A DNA stretch of 64,000 nt from Dendrobates tinctorius (taxonomy: Eukaryota): assembly GCF_039654945.1 (NCBI RefSeq), contig NW_027361731.1, forward strand, positions 186,001 to 250,000. Direction: 5' to 3'. Both the position numbers and the translations under genes were made by a program. Positions within the stretch are counted from its first letter, which is position 1; each line of letters begins with the position of its first letter. Below the pieces are notes generated by a model. It did no database searches, was not told the origin of the DNA, and worked only from the letters and a program-made list of their open reading frames with translations. Below, piece by piece: positions 13,991 to 27,217 of the stretch.

Positions 13991-14999
13991 TTAGCGGTTT
14001 CACACCTACACTGCGCTACACCTCTGCTTCTCACTACAGGCAGGTTTGTCTGTCAGTCCACCTTCCCTACATCATCCATAGTGAGTGAGCGTGTGTGGGT
14101 TACGCCTTCTATATATACGGTGAATCAGAGATAGCAATTTTTACACTATACTTGATACAGCTTGTATCTTGTTATACAGTACCTTTGTTCGACATTTAGC
14201 ATTACGGTCAAATCCATACTGAGTAAGCGTCTGAGAGTGACTACAGGACTTTATACGGAGATTTCAGTTGTACCTTAAAATATATATACTTGCTATCTTG
14301 TTATCCAGTACCTTTTTTCAACATTTTTTATTATGGTCAAACTCAGACTGAGTGAGCGTCTGAGGGTGACTCCGAAAATATATACCGAGATTTTCTATTT
14401 GGCCAACACTGTATACAGCTGTACGCTTCTGATACAGTACCATATATCTGCTGGTATTTTGGGTCCATTTTCCAAAACATGAGGAAGTATGGTGGAAGAG
14501 GACGTGGGCGTGGGGGGCCACCTGGTACTGGTGGTGCATCTGCTGGTAGTGCCAAAAACACAATAGCAGCTAAGGCAGGAAGTGTTGAGCCTGCGTCATG
14601 GTGTAGCTCTGGAAGGCCTGTAAGCAGGGCCTGCGTTAGGGGCAGGCAGACCAGGCAGCTGCCTAGGGCCCCTGCTCCTCTAGGGGCCCCCAGCCAGCGG
14701 CACATCACACAGCCGCTATGGGGCCCCTGTGAGGCAGGGGGGCCTGCCTGCCCCCAGCGCCGACTCCCGCCGCCGCATTGAAGGAGGCAGTGATGGAGGA
14801 GAGAGCGCCAGCTGACGCTCCCTCTCCCATCATTCCCCGCTCTGCCTCTGACACAGCGGGGGCGCGATGACGTCATTGCGCTCTCACTGTGTGCCAGACA
14901 GAGCAGGAAGAGACAGGAGCAGCCAGCATAGCGGGCACGAGGAGAAGGTGAGGAGTGTTTTTTTTTTTTTTTTAAAATCAGTGTGAGTGTTGGACTGTG

Positions 15000-16740
15000 G
15001 GGCCACTCTGGGGGGGCTATATACCATGCTCAGCTGTATCATACCATGCTGGGGGGGCCATATACCATGCTGGGCTGTATCATACCATGCTGGGGGGGCT
15101 ATATTCCATGCTGGGCTGTATTACACCATTCTGTATCATATCATGCTGGGGGGGCTATATACCATGCTGGGCCGTATTATACCAAGCTGGGATGTATTAC
15201 ACCATTCTGGGGCGCTATATACCGTGCTGGGCTGTATTATATCATGCTGGGCTGTATTACACCATTCTGGGGGGGGCTATAAACCATGCTGGGCTGTATC
15301 ATACCATGCTGGGGGGGCTATATACCATGCTGGGCGGTATTATACCATGCTGGGCTGTATTACACCATTCTGGGGGGGCTATATACCATGCTGGGCTGTA
15401 TTATACCGTGCTGGGCTGTATTATACCATTCTGGGGGGCTATATACCATGCTGAGCTGTATTATACCTTGCTGGGCTGTATTATACCATTCTAGGGGGGC
15501 TATATACCATGCTGGGCTGTATTATACTGTACTGGGCTGTATTATACCATTCTGGGGGGGCTATATACCATGCTGTGCTGTATTATACCATGCTGGGCTG
15601 TATTATACCATTCTGGGGGGCTATATACCGTGCTGGGCTGTATTATACCATGCTGGGAGGCTATATACCATGCTTGGCTGTATTCTACCATGTTGGGCTG
15701 TATTATACTATTCTGGGGGACTATATACCATACTGGGCTGTATTATACCATTCTGAGGGGGCTATATACCATGCTGGGCTATATTATACCATGCTGGACT
15801 GTATTATACCATGCTGGGGGGCTATACACCATGCTGGGCTGTATTATACTACTGGGCTGTATTATTCCATTCTGGGGGGCTATATACCATGCTGGGCTGT
15901 ATTATACCATGGTGGGCTGTATACCATGGTGGGCTGTGCTGTATACCATGGTGGGCTGGGCTGTATAGCATGTGGTGCTGGGCTATATACTATGTGGCTG
16001 TGTTATATACCATGGGGTACATTTTACATTATATTCTATAGGGGGAGGCTGTGTTATATAATATGGGGGGGCTACATTATATTCTATGGGGAGGTGGGCT
16101 GTATTATATTCTATTTGGGGCTACATTATATTCTATGGGGGGCTGTATTATATTATATTCGATGGAGGCTGCATTATACTATATGAGGAGGGCTACATTG
16201 TATTCTATGGAGGGGCTGCATTATATCCTATGAGGGGGTTGCCATATATTCTGTGGAGGGGCTGCATTATACTATATGGGGGTGGGGCTGCATTATTTTC
16301 TATGGGGGTTACATTATCTTCTGTGGAGTGGCTGCATTATACTCTGGGGTAGCTGCGTTATTCTCTAAGGGGTGGCTGCATTATACTATAAGAGGTGGGC
16401 TGCATTATATTCTATGGGGGTTACATTATATTTTATGGCGGGGCTGCATTATACTCTGTGGGGTGGCTGCATTATACTATATGTGGGCTGCGTTATACTG
16501 TATTGAGGACTATGGGGAATACATTATATGAAGAACTATGGGTGACTATGGCGGTGCATTATACTATATGGAGAACTATGCCGAGTGTATTATACTATAT
16601 GGAGGACTGAGCAGTGTATTTTAATATATGGAGGGCTATGAGAAGTTTATTATACTATATAGAGGACTGAGGAGTGTATTATACTATATGGAGGACTATG
16701 GGGCAGATTATATTATATGGAGGACTATGGGGTGTAAACT
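15000..16740. repeat. Minisatellite (~20-22-bp units, gggctgtattataccatgct/ggggggctatataccat), degenerating rightwards
   Basis: Directly visible tandem repeats; source of the spurious repetitive ORFs. Confidence 0.95.
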
Positions 16741-16784
16741 GTAGATGTGCTGCTGATAACATGATACTGTATGGTGATCTGTTA

Positions 16785-17182
16785 GGGTGTGTGCACACGT
16801 TGCGGATTAGTCTGTGACTTTTTCTGCAGAGAATCCATATATCTTGGCCGAAACCGCAGGGTAAAACACATGCATTTTTCCTGCGGATTCCTAGCATGTG
16901 TACAGTGGATTTGATGCAGGTTCTAGTGCGGTTTGGCAGTGCGGATGAGAGAGAGAGATTGATTTGTATGTCCCGGAACGTACACTGCAGCTGCGGTTCC
17001 GCAAAAAAGAAGTAACATGCTGTGGAAAATAAACCGCAGCAAATCTGTGTGGAATTTTCCGCAGCATGTGCATGGCGAATTTGGTTTTCCATAGGTTTAC
17101 ATGGTACTGTAAACCGCATGGAAACTGCTGCGGATCCGCAGGACCGGATCCGCAGCAAAAACCGCAACGTGTGCACACACCC
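16785..17182. mobile_element. PIF/Harbinger-type MITE
   Basis: Perfect 21-bp TIR gggtgtgtgcacacgttgcgg; TSD TTA at 16782-16784 and 17183-17185. Confidence 0.92.
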
Positions 17183-18508
17183 TTAGCAATCCATTAGTGA
17201 TCGTTCTGTTCCCATCATTCTTTCTCAGACGGTGGAAAGAGGCCGGGAAACAAGTGTTGAATGACTTCTTTAGTATTGTCGATCACACTCATTTAGCGGA
17301 CTGAACTCAGCACATGTAAATACAATCGAAATGCTTCTGTGATGTGCTATATGTTATCATTTGGGGCCCCAATTTAAACTTTGCCTAGGGCCCCACTTTG
17401 CCTAAAACCGGCCCTGCCTGTAAGGCTCCCTTTTCTGGGAGTAGGTAGATTGCTTTTTAAGCTGGAGCATCAGCAACTGTTTGGCTTACATTGCTGAAAC
17501 AGCCTCCAGCTCTATCGCCTCCTCTTCTGAAGTTGTAAAAAATGCAAGCACTGAGTCGTAACTGCAGGCTTCTGGTCAGGAGCAACCCCTTTCCTTGTGT
17601 CCTTCACCCACACCAAAAGTGAAGGATTGGGCAGCACACACTTCAGATTACTACATGGAGCTCTTTTCACATACCATGCCTGGGTTAATTAAAAATGGGG
17701 CCCATCAGATACTGGAGAATTATAAATGGGGCAGATCAGACACTGGAGCAGCATCTAAGGGGCCCATTATATACTGGAGCATTACAAATGGGGCCCATTA
17801 TATATGGAGCATTATTTGGGCCCATAACACACTGGAGCATCATCCATAGGGACCATCATATACTGTAGCATTATGTGGAGCTCATCATATACTGTATGGA
17901 ACATTATATGTGACTAATTATTCTGTATGGAGAAATATATGGGGCTCATTATTCTGTATGGCGCACAATGTGGTGGCCATAACACTGTATGGAGTAATAT
18001 ACTGTCCTGTTTTTGAGATATTGTACAATTTAAAATAGATCAGTCATGTCATGTAAGCAGTGAAGTATATGTCATTGTACTATACCTATATTTCTGTGGC
18101 GTATCGGAGCATCATGAGTTGTAGTATGTGTTAAAGGGGCGCACTGACACTCTTTGGCCCAGAGCACACGAAAATCTGGAGCCAGCCCAACCCCCCACAA
18201 CTTTAGCCAAATAACCCCCAGTTTTCAATGCGTAACTGTTATTATGAAGTAAATTAAGGTTGACAAGCTTCAGTAATAAGAATTGATGTTTTTAGCATTG
18301 AAATAGGCACTGTAGGTGTGTTTACTGTCCTCCATTCCCTGCCGACTTTGCTTCCCCATTGACTTGCATTGGGTTTCGTGTTTCAGTCGGACCCCGACTT
18401 TTCCCTATAGTCGGCCGATTTCATTCGACCCGACTTTTAAGAAAGTCGGGTTTCATGAAACCCGACCCGACCCGAAAAAAGGCAAAATCGCTCATCTCTA
18501 GTCAGCAA

Positions 18509-19886
18509 ATCAACCATTTTCAGTTCAACATCCTACCCTTCGGCATCTCATCGGCACGACGTGTCTTTACCAAGATCATGGCGGAAGCAGTGATTTTTCA
18601 TCTGGCGCCAGGGGAGATATGCATTATCACATATGTGGACGACTTCCTCGTCACTGCACCATCTATCTCACGTCTAAAGATGGACGTAGAAAAGACCCTG
18701 GAGATATTAAGATCCCTGGGTTGGATACCGAACCTGGAGAAATCAGAGATTGTAACATCCACAAGGAGAAAATTTTCTGGGAGTCGCCTTGGACTCAAGG
18801 CAAAGGACAGCCTTCCTACCCAAAGATCATCAGGTCGACTTTGTCCACAAGATAACCAGGTTCAGGAACCAGCGGACACCAACCCTCAGAGAGTCAATGT
18901 CTGCTCTTGGATCCCTGACTGCATGCATCCAGGCGGTTTCTTGGGCTTAGGCCCACACTCGAATCCTGCAAAGCCACGTGCTTCTACATTCCAGGCGGCG
19001 ACAAATTCCATTGTCCCGAAGGATTCCCCTCCCCAGTCATGTAAAATCGGCCCTGAGGTGGTGGTTGAACTACCGAAATCTTCAGAAGGGGCTCAGCTGG
19101 GATCAGCTTCCCCTGAAAACACTCTGGGGCGCAGTAGCAGAGAGATCCTATTTTCAGGGGCGATGACCACCGAGCATCAGCACCAGTTACTCAAAACTGA
19201 GGGAACTGAAGGCGGTAGAAGAAGCTCTAAAAGCGTCATCATTGCTAATCCAAAATCACCACGTCCGCGTCTACTCTGACAACATGACCACAGTGGCCTA
19301 CCTACGGTACCAAGGGGGTACGAAGTACGCCGGCCTGAAGGCAATAGCAGCAAGGATCTTCTCCTGGGCAGAGGAAAACTTGCTTTCTATCACAGCAGTG
19401 CATCTGAAAGGATCAGAAAACACCCAGGCAGATTTCCTCAGCCGGAAAGACGTCCATCCAGGGGAGTGGTGCCTGGACCAAACAGTCTTCTCATCCTTAG
19501 CATCAAGATGGGGGACTCCGGAGGTGGACCTATTCACCAACAGGCAAAATGGGAAGACAGAAGTATTCTTCTCCCTCAACCACATGGATGGAGCGCAAGG
19601 AATAGATGCCTTCGCCCAATGGTGAGATTTCAACCTCGCATATGCCTTCCCACCCATACCGATGCTAGCAAAAACACTACAGAAAATCTGGACAGACCGA
19701 GTCCCCACAATACTAATCGCCCCTCTGTGGCCCGGAAGAAGTTGGTACAGTGCCCTACTGGACATGGCCCAGGAAGGCCCCTGGCTTCTACCCCAAAAGA
19801 TCGACATCCTTCATCAAGGTCCTCTGCTACACCCGGACCTATGCAATTTGAACCTGGCAGCATGGTTACTGAGGCCAAAATCCTAA
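18509..19886 (+). pseudogene. DIRS RT C-terminus, RNase H and DNA N6-adenine methyltransferase-like domain
   Basis: LPFGISSARRVFTK, YVDDFLV, VYSDNMTTVAY, ADFLSR, WGTPEVDLF, YAFPP, LIAPLWPGRSWY. Confidence 0.9.
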
Positions 19887-20873
19887 GAGCCAAAGGACTC
19901 TTGGATAAGGTAATCCAAACCCTTCAGAAAAGCCGAAAACCAATTCCATCTATGCCAAGGTCTGGAAAAAGTTTTTCGTCCTTGTGCTTTCCAGGCACCC
20001 CTGATCCCTTCCACCCCAACGTAGCACAGATCCTAGACTTTTTACAAAAAGGACTAGAACTGGGCCTTACCCCCAGCACACTGAAGGTGCAAATATCAGC
20101 TCTTAGCGCCTTTTTTGATCTTGACCTGGCCAGCCACCGATAGATCAAACGTTTTATGGCTTGGGCATGAGATCCGCAGTCAGGTGCCTCCTTGGGATCT
20201 CAACATCGTGCTCAACAGCCTAACCCAAGATCCATTTGAGCCTTTAGATTCCATGACCATAAAGAACTTAACCCTTAAAACTGTCTTGTTAGTCACAATT
20301 ACTACGGCTAGATGTATAGGGCAATTGCAGGCCCTGTCACAATCACTGCAGATAGTATCATCTTGAGATTAGATCACACCTTTCTACCCAAAGTGGTCTC
20401 AAACTTCCATAGAGATCAGGATATTGTACTACCCTCATTCTGCCCAAGCCCTTCCAACCCTAAGGAAGAGACTTTCCACACTCTCAACATTCACAGAGTG
20501 GTCCTGTTTTACCTACAGCAGACTGAAGCCTGGCGGATTGACCAGAATTTGTTCATCCAGTTCTCAGGACGTAATAAGGGCAAGAAGGCGGCAAAGAACA
20601 CGATCGGCAAAGAACACGATCGCGAATTGGATCAGACAGTCTATCTGCCTGGCCTACTCATCACAGAAACTGGATCCACCAGCTTCACTGAAGGCGCATT
20701 CTACCTGTGCGATAGTAACATCATGGGCAGAGAGGGGGAATGCTTCGACAGAGCAGATATGCAGAGCCGCCATCTGGTCATCCATCCACACATTCACCCG
20801 GCATTACAGACTAAATTTCAATAGGGATTTAACTTTTGGCAGACGAGTTCTGCAGGCCGTGATCCCTCCCTAG
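19860..20873 (+). pseudogene. DIRS tyrosine recombinase
   Basis: STLKVQISALS, PPWDLNIVL, FLPKVVS, AHST and ICRAAIWSSIHTFTRHY; frameshifted. Confidence 0.9.
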
Positions 20874-20899
20874 AGAAATTAGCTGTTGGTATTACTCCG

Positions 20900-20983
20900 A
20901 TGTGGCTGTTGTGGAAGGTGACTTGAGAAAATAGAATTAGACCTACCAGTAATTCGGTTTCTAGGAACCTTCCACGATAGCAC
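20900..20983 (+). other. DIRS internal complementary region (ICR)
   Basis: 20900-20930 is complementary to the left end (4513-4543). 20928-20983 is complementary to the right end (~27160-27217). The two halves join at AAA. Confidence 0.9.
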
Positions 20984-22689
20984 TAATTTCCCTCCCTGTC
21001 TGATGTTTTACCGGATGATTCCTGCCCTTTGGTGGTAACTATTCATACTACAGTCATGGCCAAAAGTTTTGAGAATGACACAAATATTAATTTTTACAAA
21101 GTCTACTGCTTCATTTTTTCTAATGGCAATTTGCATATACTCCAGAATGTTATAAAGAGTGATCAGCTTAACAGCAATTACTTGCAAAGTCAATATTTGC
21201 CTAGAAAATTAACTTTATCCCCCAAAACACATTTCAACATCATTGCAGCCCTGCCTTAAAAGGACCAGCTAACATCGTTTCAGTGATTGCTCCATTAACA
21301 CAGGTGTGGGTGTTGATGAGGACAGGGCTGGAGATCAATCTGTCATGATTAAGAATGACACCACTGGACACTTTAAAAGGAGGCTGGTGCTTGGCATCAT
21401 TGTTTCTCTTCTGTTAACCATGGTTATCTCTAAAGAAACACGTGCAGTCATCATTGCACTGCACAAAAATGACCTAACAGGGAAGCGTATCGCAGCTAGA
21501 AAGATTGCACCTCAGTCAACAATCTATCGCATCATCAAGAACTTCAAGGAGAGAGGTTCCCTTGTTGCCAAAAAGGCTCCAGGGCGCCCAAGAAAGACCA
21601 GCAAGCGCCAGGACCATCTCTTAAAAGTGTTTCAGCTGCGGGATCGGGCTACCAGCAGTGCAGAGCTTGCTCAGGAATGGCAGCAGGCAGGTGTGAGTGC
21701 ATCTGCACGCACTGTGAGGCGGAGACTCTTGGAGCAAGGCCTGGTCTCATGGAGGGCAGCAAAGAAGCCACTTCTCTCCAGAAAAAACATCATGGACAGA
21801 CTGATATTCTGCAAGAGGTACAGGGAGTGGACTGCTGAGGACTGGGGTAAAGTCATTTTCTCTGATGAATCCCCTTTTCGATTGTTTGGGACATCTGGAA
21901 AACGGCTTATTCAGAGAAGACCAGGTGAGCGCTACCACCAGTCTTGTCTCATGCCAACTGTCAAGCATCCTGAAACCATTCATGTGTGGGGTTGCTTCTC
22001 AGCCAAGGGAATGGGCTCTCTCTGTCTTGCCTAAAAACACAGCCATGAATAAAGAATGGTACCAGAATGTCCTCCAAGAGCAACTTCTCCCAACCGTCCA
22101 AGAGCAGTTTGGCGATCAACAATGCCTTTTTCAACATGATGGAGCACCTTGCCATAAAGCAAAGGTGATAACTAAATGGCTCAGGGAACAAAACATAGAG
22201 ATTTTGGGACCATGGCCTGGAAACTCCCCAGATCTTAACCCCTTCACTACCAAGGGTGGTTTGCACGTTAACTACCGGGCCAATTTTTACAATTCTGACC
22301 ACTGTACCTTTATGAGGTCATAACTCTGGAACGCTTTCATGGATCCTGGTGATTCTGACATTGTTTTCTCGTGACATATTGTACTTCATGTTCGTGGTAA
22401 AATTGCATTCAAATAACTTGCGTTTATTTGTGAAAAAAACGGAAATTTGGCGAAAATTTTGAAAATTTCGCAATTTTCCAACTTTGAATTTTTATGCCCT
22501 TAAATCACAGCGATACGGCACACAAAAAACTTAATACATAACATTTCCCACATGTTTACTTTACATCAGCACAATTTTGCAACCAAAATTTTTTTTTGCT
22601 AGGAAGTTATAAGGGTTAAAATTTGACCAGCGATTTCTCATTTTTGCAACACCATTTTATTTTTAGGGACCACTTCACATTTGAAGCCA

Positions 22690-25030
22690 CTTTGAGGGGT
22701 CTATATGATAGAAAATACCCAAAAGTGACACCATTCTAAAAACTGCACCCCTCAAGGTGCTTAAAACCACATTCAAGAAGTTTATTAACCCTTTAGGTGC
22801 GTCACAGGAATTTTTTGAATATTAAAAAAAAATGAACATTTAACTTTTTTTCACAAAAAAAATACTTCAGGTTCAATTTTCTTTATTTTACCAAGGGTAA
22901 CAGGAGAAATTGGACTGCAAAAGTTATTGTGCAATTTGTCCTGACTACGCTGATACCTGATATGTGGGGGGGAACCACTGTTTCGGCGCATGGCAGAGCT
23001 CAGAATGGAAGGAGCGCCGTTTGACTTTTTCAATGCAAAATTGGCTGGAATTCAGATCGGACGCCATGTCACGTTTGGCGAGCCCCTGATGTACCTAAAC
23101 AGTGGAAACCCCCCCAAGTGACCCCATTTTGGAAACTAGACCCCCCAAGGAACTTATCTAGATATGTGGTGAGAACTTTGAACCCACAAGGGCTTCACAG
23201 AAGTTTATAACGTACAGCGGTACAATTAAAAAATCATATTTTTTCCACAAAAATGATCTTTTCACCCACAATTTTTATTTTTCCAAGGGTAACAGGACCC
23301 TAAAAGTTTTTGTGCAATTTGTCCTGAGTACGCTGATACCCCATATGTGGGTGTAAATGACTATTTGGGCGCATAGCAGAGCTCGGAAGGGAAGCAGCGC
23401 CATTTGACGTTTTTGGCTAGAATTGAGATCGGACACCATGTCGCGATTGGAAAACCCCTGATGTACCAAAACAGTGGAAACCCCCCACAAATGACACCAT
23501 TTTGGAATCTAGACCCCCCAAGGAACTTATCTAGATGTGTGGTGAGAACTTTGAACCCCCAAGGGCTTCACAGAAGTTTATAACGTACAGCAGTACAATT
23601 AAAAAATCATATTTTTTCCACAAAAATGATCTTTTCACCCTCAATTCTTATTTTTCCAAAAGTAACAGGACCCTAAAAGATATTGTGCAATTTATCCTGA
23701 GTACGCAGATACCCCACATGTGGGTGTAAACCACTATTTGGGCGTATGGCAGAGCTCGGAAGGGAAGCAGCGCCATTTGACGTTTTTGGCTGGAATTGAG
23801 ATCGGACACCATGTCGCATTAGGAAAGCCCCTGATGTACCAAAACAGTAGAAACCCCCCACAAATGACACCATTTTGGAAACTAGACCCCCCAAGGAACT
23901 TATCTAGATGTGTGGTGAGCACTTTGAACCCCCCAGTGCTTCACTGAAGTTTATAACGTCCGGGCGTGAAAATAAAAAAATCGTATTTTTTCCACAAACA
24001 TGATCTTTTAGTCCCCATTTTTTTATTTTCCCAAGGGTAACAGGAGAAATTGGACCCCAAAAGTTGTTGTCCAATTTGTCCTGAGTACGCTGATACCTCA
24101 TATGTGGGAGAAAACTACTGTATGGGCACACGTCGGGGCTCGGAAGGGAAGTAGTGACGTTTTGGAATGCAGACTTTGATGGAATGGTCTGCGGGTGTCA
24201 TGTTGCGTTTGGAGAGCCCCTGATGTACCTAAACAGTGGAAACCCCCCACAAGTGACCCCATTTTGGAAACTAGACCCCCTAATGAACTTATCTAGATGT
24301 GTGGTGAGCACTTTGAACCCCCCAGTGCTTCACAGAAGTTTATAACGACCGGGCGTGAAAATAAAAATATCGTATTTTTTCAACAAACATCATCTTTTAG
24401 TCCCCATTTTTTTTATTTTCCCAAGGGTAACAGGAGAAATTGGACACCAAAAGTTGTTGTCCAATTTGTCCTGAGTACGCTGATATCTCATATGTGGGAG
24501 AAAACTACTGTATGGGCACACGTCGGGGCTCGGAAGGGAAGTAGTGACGTTTTGGAATGCAGACTTTGATGGATTGGTATGCGGGTGTCATGTGCGTTTG
24601 GAGAGCCCCTGATGTACCTAAACTATTGAAACTCCCCACAAGTGACCCCATTTTGGAAACTAGACCCCCCACGGAGCTTATCTAGATGTGTGGAGAGCAC
24701 TTTGAACCCCCAAGTGCTTCACAGAAGTTTATAACGCCTGGGCGTGAAAATAAAAAAAACATTTTTTTCCGCAAAATTATATTTTTGCCCCCAGTTTTTT
24801 ATTTTCCTAAGGGTAACAGGAGAAATTGGACCCCAAAAGTTGTTTTGTAATTTGTCCTGAGTAGGCTGATACCCTACATGTGGGGGTAAAACACTGTTTG
24901 GGCACATGGCAGAGCTTGGAAGGGAAGGAGCACCATTTGACTTTTTCAACGCAGAATTGGCTGGAATTGAGATCAGACGCCATGTTGCCTTTGGAGAGCA
25001 CCTGATGTGCCCAAACAGTGGAAACCCCCA
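22690..25030. repeat. Tandem array of ~370-390-bp units (~6 copies)
   Basis: gtgaccccattttggaaactagacccc recurs at ~22727, 23119, 23491, 23864, 24253 and 24642. Confidence 0.92.
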
Positions 25031-25090
25031 ATTATAACTCCAACCCTAACCTCAACACACCCCTAACCCTAATCTGAGCCCTAGCCCTAA

Positions 25091-25225
25091 NNNNNNNNNN
25101 NNNNNNNNNNNNNNNNNNNNNNNNNNNNNNNNNNNNNNNNNNNNNNNNNNNNNNNNNNNNNNNNNNNNNNNNNNNNNNNNNNNNNNNNNNNNNNNNNNNN
25201 NNNNNNNNNNNNNNNNNNNNNNNNN
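25091..25225. other. Assembly gap (135 N), preceded by degenerate CCCTAA repeats
   Basis: N run; ccctaac-like repeats at 25041-25090. Confidence 0.99.
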
Positions 25226-27217
25226 AAATACATTTTCTTTTAGTTTTATTATTTTTCTCTAACTAAGGGGGTGATAACGGGGGGTTTGATTTACGATTTA
25301 TGGCGGTTTTTATGTTTGGCGGCTGTTGCACGCTAAAAGACGCTTTTTATTGTAAAAATAGTTTTTGCATCACCACATATTGTGAGCTATAATTTTTCCA
25401 TATTTTGACCCACCGAGTCATGTGAGGTCTTATTTTTTGCGGGACGAGTTGACGTTTTTATTGGTACCATTTTCGGGCACGTGACATTTTTTGATCGCTT
25501 TTTATTCCGATTTTTGGGATGCAGAATGAACAAAAACCAGCTTTTCATGAATTTCTTTTGGGGGGTGCGTTTACACCGTTCCGCGTGCGGTAAAATTGAT
25601 AACGCGTTTTTATTCTTCGGGTCAGTACGGTTACAGCGATACCTCATTTAGGTCGTTTTTTTATGTTTTGTCGGTTTTTTGCAATGAAAACAATTTTATA
25701 TAAAAAATAATTATTTTTGTATCGCTTTATTCTGCGAGCTATAACTTTTTTATTTTTTTGCGGATGATGCTGTATTGTGGCTCGTTTTTTGCGGGACAAG
25801 ATGACGTTTTCAGCGGTACCATGGATATTTATATGCGTCTTTTTGATCGCGCGTTATTGCACTTTTTGTTCGGTGGTATGATAATAAATCATTATTTTTT
25901 GCTTCGTTTTTTATTTTTATTTTTTAAGGGGTTCGCTAAAGGGGTTAACTAATGGGACAGTTTTATAGGGCAGGTCATTACGGACGCGGCGATACCAAAT
26001 ATGTGTACTTTTATTGTTTTGTTTTTTTTTTATTTTCAAAAAATGGATTTATTGGGGAATATTTTTTTTTTTTTAACTAATTTATTTAGCGATTTTTTTT
26101 TTAAATTATTTTTAACACTTTTTTTTTTTTTTTTTTTTACTTTATTACCTTGTCCCAGGTGGGACATCACTGTCCTGTGACAGATCGCTGATCTGTCACA
26201 TCACAGATCACTGTGACAGATCAGCGATCTGTCACAGGCACTGCTGCAGACTTCCTCATGCCTGCGCTTTGCAGGCACTGAGGAAGCCAGCTTCCTCAGG
26301 CCCCCGAAGGCCCCCGTCGCCATCTTGGATTCGGGGGCCTGGAGGAAGGGAGTCCCCCGCAGCAGCGCTGCACATTGCGCTGCCGTGGGGGGCTCAGGGA
26401 AGCACGGAGGGAGCCCCCTCCCTGCCGATGCTTCCCTTTAACCCCCGGTACACCGCGATCGCGTTTGATCGCGGTGTGCAAGGGGTTAACGTGTCGGGGG
26501 CGGTCCGTGACCGCCCCTGACACATTGTGCCGGGTGTCAGCTATGATAATTAGCTGACACTCGGCCGCGATCAGCGGCGCTCACCACGTGGGCGCCGCTG
26601 ATCGCGATGACGTAATATTCCGTCCATGGTAATTAGGTCCATGGTCACATGGACGGAATATTACGTCAATTGTAGGTAAGGGGTTAATCCCATTGAGAAC
26701 TTGTGGTCAATCATCAAGAGATGGGTGGACAAACAAAAACCTTCAAATTCAGACAAAATAAAAGCATTGATTTTGCAAGAATGGACTGCTATCAGTCAGG
26801 ATTTGATCCAGAAGTTGATTGAGAGCATGCCAGGGAGAATTGCTGAGGTCCTGAAGAAGAAGGGTCAACACTGCAAATATTGACTTGCTGCATTAACTCA
26901 TTCTAACTGTCAATATAACCTTTTGTTACTCATAATATGATTGCAATTATATTTCTGTATGTGATAAAAACATCTGACAAACACACATAAAAACCAGAGG
27001 GCAGCAGATCATGTGAAAATATAATATTTGTGTCATTCTCAAAACTTTTGGCCATGACTGTAGTGTGTCCAGGAAAACACTGGTGTTTTCAGGAAGGGGA
27101 GGGGTATTTAACCTCTTTGTGTTCCTGTCCCCTATTAGGGCGGGGAAGACAACCTCCAATGTGGCTGTCGTGGAGGGTTCCTAGAAACGGAATTACTGGT
27201 AAGTCTAATTCTATTTT

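Larger units (their letters stand above)
14625..17416. mobile_element. Non-autonomous hAT element carrying a minisatellite
   Basis: 8-bp TSD cctgtaag at 14617-14624 and 17417-17424. TIR cagggcc.g....tagg. Confidence 0.9.
14050..17690 (+). repeat. Second, diverged copy of the hAT 5' region and transposase N-terminus (14050-14624 plus 17425-17690), split by a MITE
   Basis: ATG AGG AAG TAT GGT GGA AGA at 14479 matches 8032. 17425-17685 matches ~8190-8455 (DYYMELFSHTMPGL vs DYSMELFSHTMPGL). Confidence 0.85.
6823..18500 (+). mobile_element. Large composite hAT DNA transposon inserted in the DIRS RT
   Basis: 8-bp TSD gtcagcaa at 6815-6822 and 18501-18508. Imperfect TIRs tagagttgatcga / tcgctcatctcta. 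CCGA-rich subterminal repeats. Confidence 0.93.
22239..26683. mobile_element. Non-autonomous piggyBac-like element (TTAA target) carrying a satellite array
   Basis: TTAA at 22235-22238 and 26684-26687; termini cccctt...aagggg; no transposase motifs. Confidence 0.85.
21420..26883 (+). pseudogene. Tc1 transposase (DD34E), one frameshift, interrupted at SPDLN|PIENLW
   Basis: GRPRKT, FSDES, VWGCF, FQHDGAPCH and WPGNSPDLN up to ~22238; PIENLWSIIKR from ~26689. Confidence 0.93.
21051..27060 (+). mobile_element. Tc1 DNA transposon, both ends intact
   Basis: Perfect ~39-bp TIR cagtcatggccaaaagttttgagaatgacacaaatatta; TA TSD at 21049-21050 and 27061-27062. Confidence 0.96.
4513..27217 (+). mobile_element. 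Complete DIRS1-like tyrosine-recombinase retrotransposon (~5.0 kb after removing nested hAT and Tc1)
   Basis: Left ITR (tttctcttgtcaccttccacgacagccacat...gaggttaaatacccctcccctt) is inverted relative to the right ITR at 27063-27217. Internal complementary region at 20900-20983. Domain order gag, RT/RH/MT, YR. TTT at both ends and no TSD. Confidence 0.93.

Noticed and set aside
14983-16610. Many overlapping repetitive ORFs (MLGCIIPCW...)
   Set aside because: Translation of a minisatellite inside a MITE; open in several frames, so not a gene.
22690-25030. Regularly spaced repeats resembling a CRISPR array (also the 63-bp and 42-bp LTR repeats)
   Set aside because: Whole units are repeated with no unique spacers, the context is eukaryotic, and there are no cas genes.
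25041-25090. True telomere or chromosome end
   Set aside because: The repeats are degenerate and internal to a TTAA element whose other end and host Tc1 continue after the gap.
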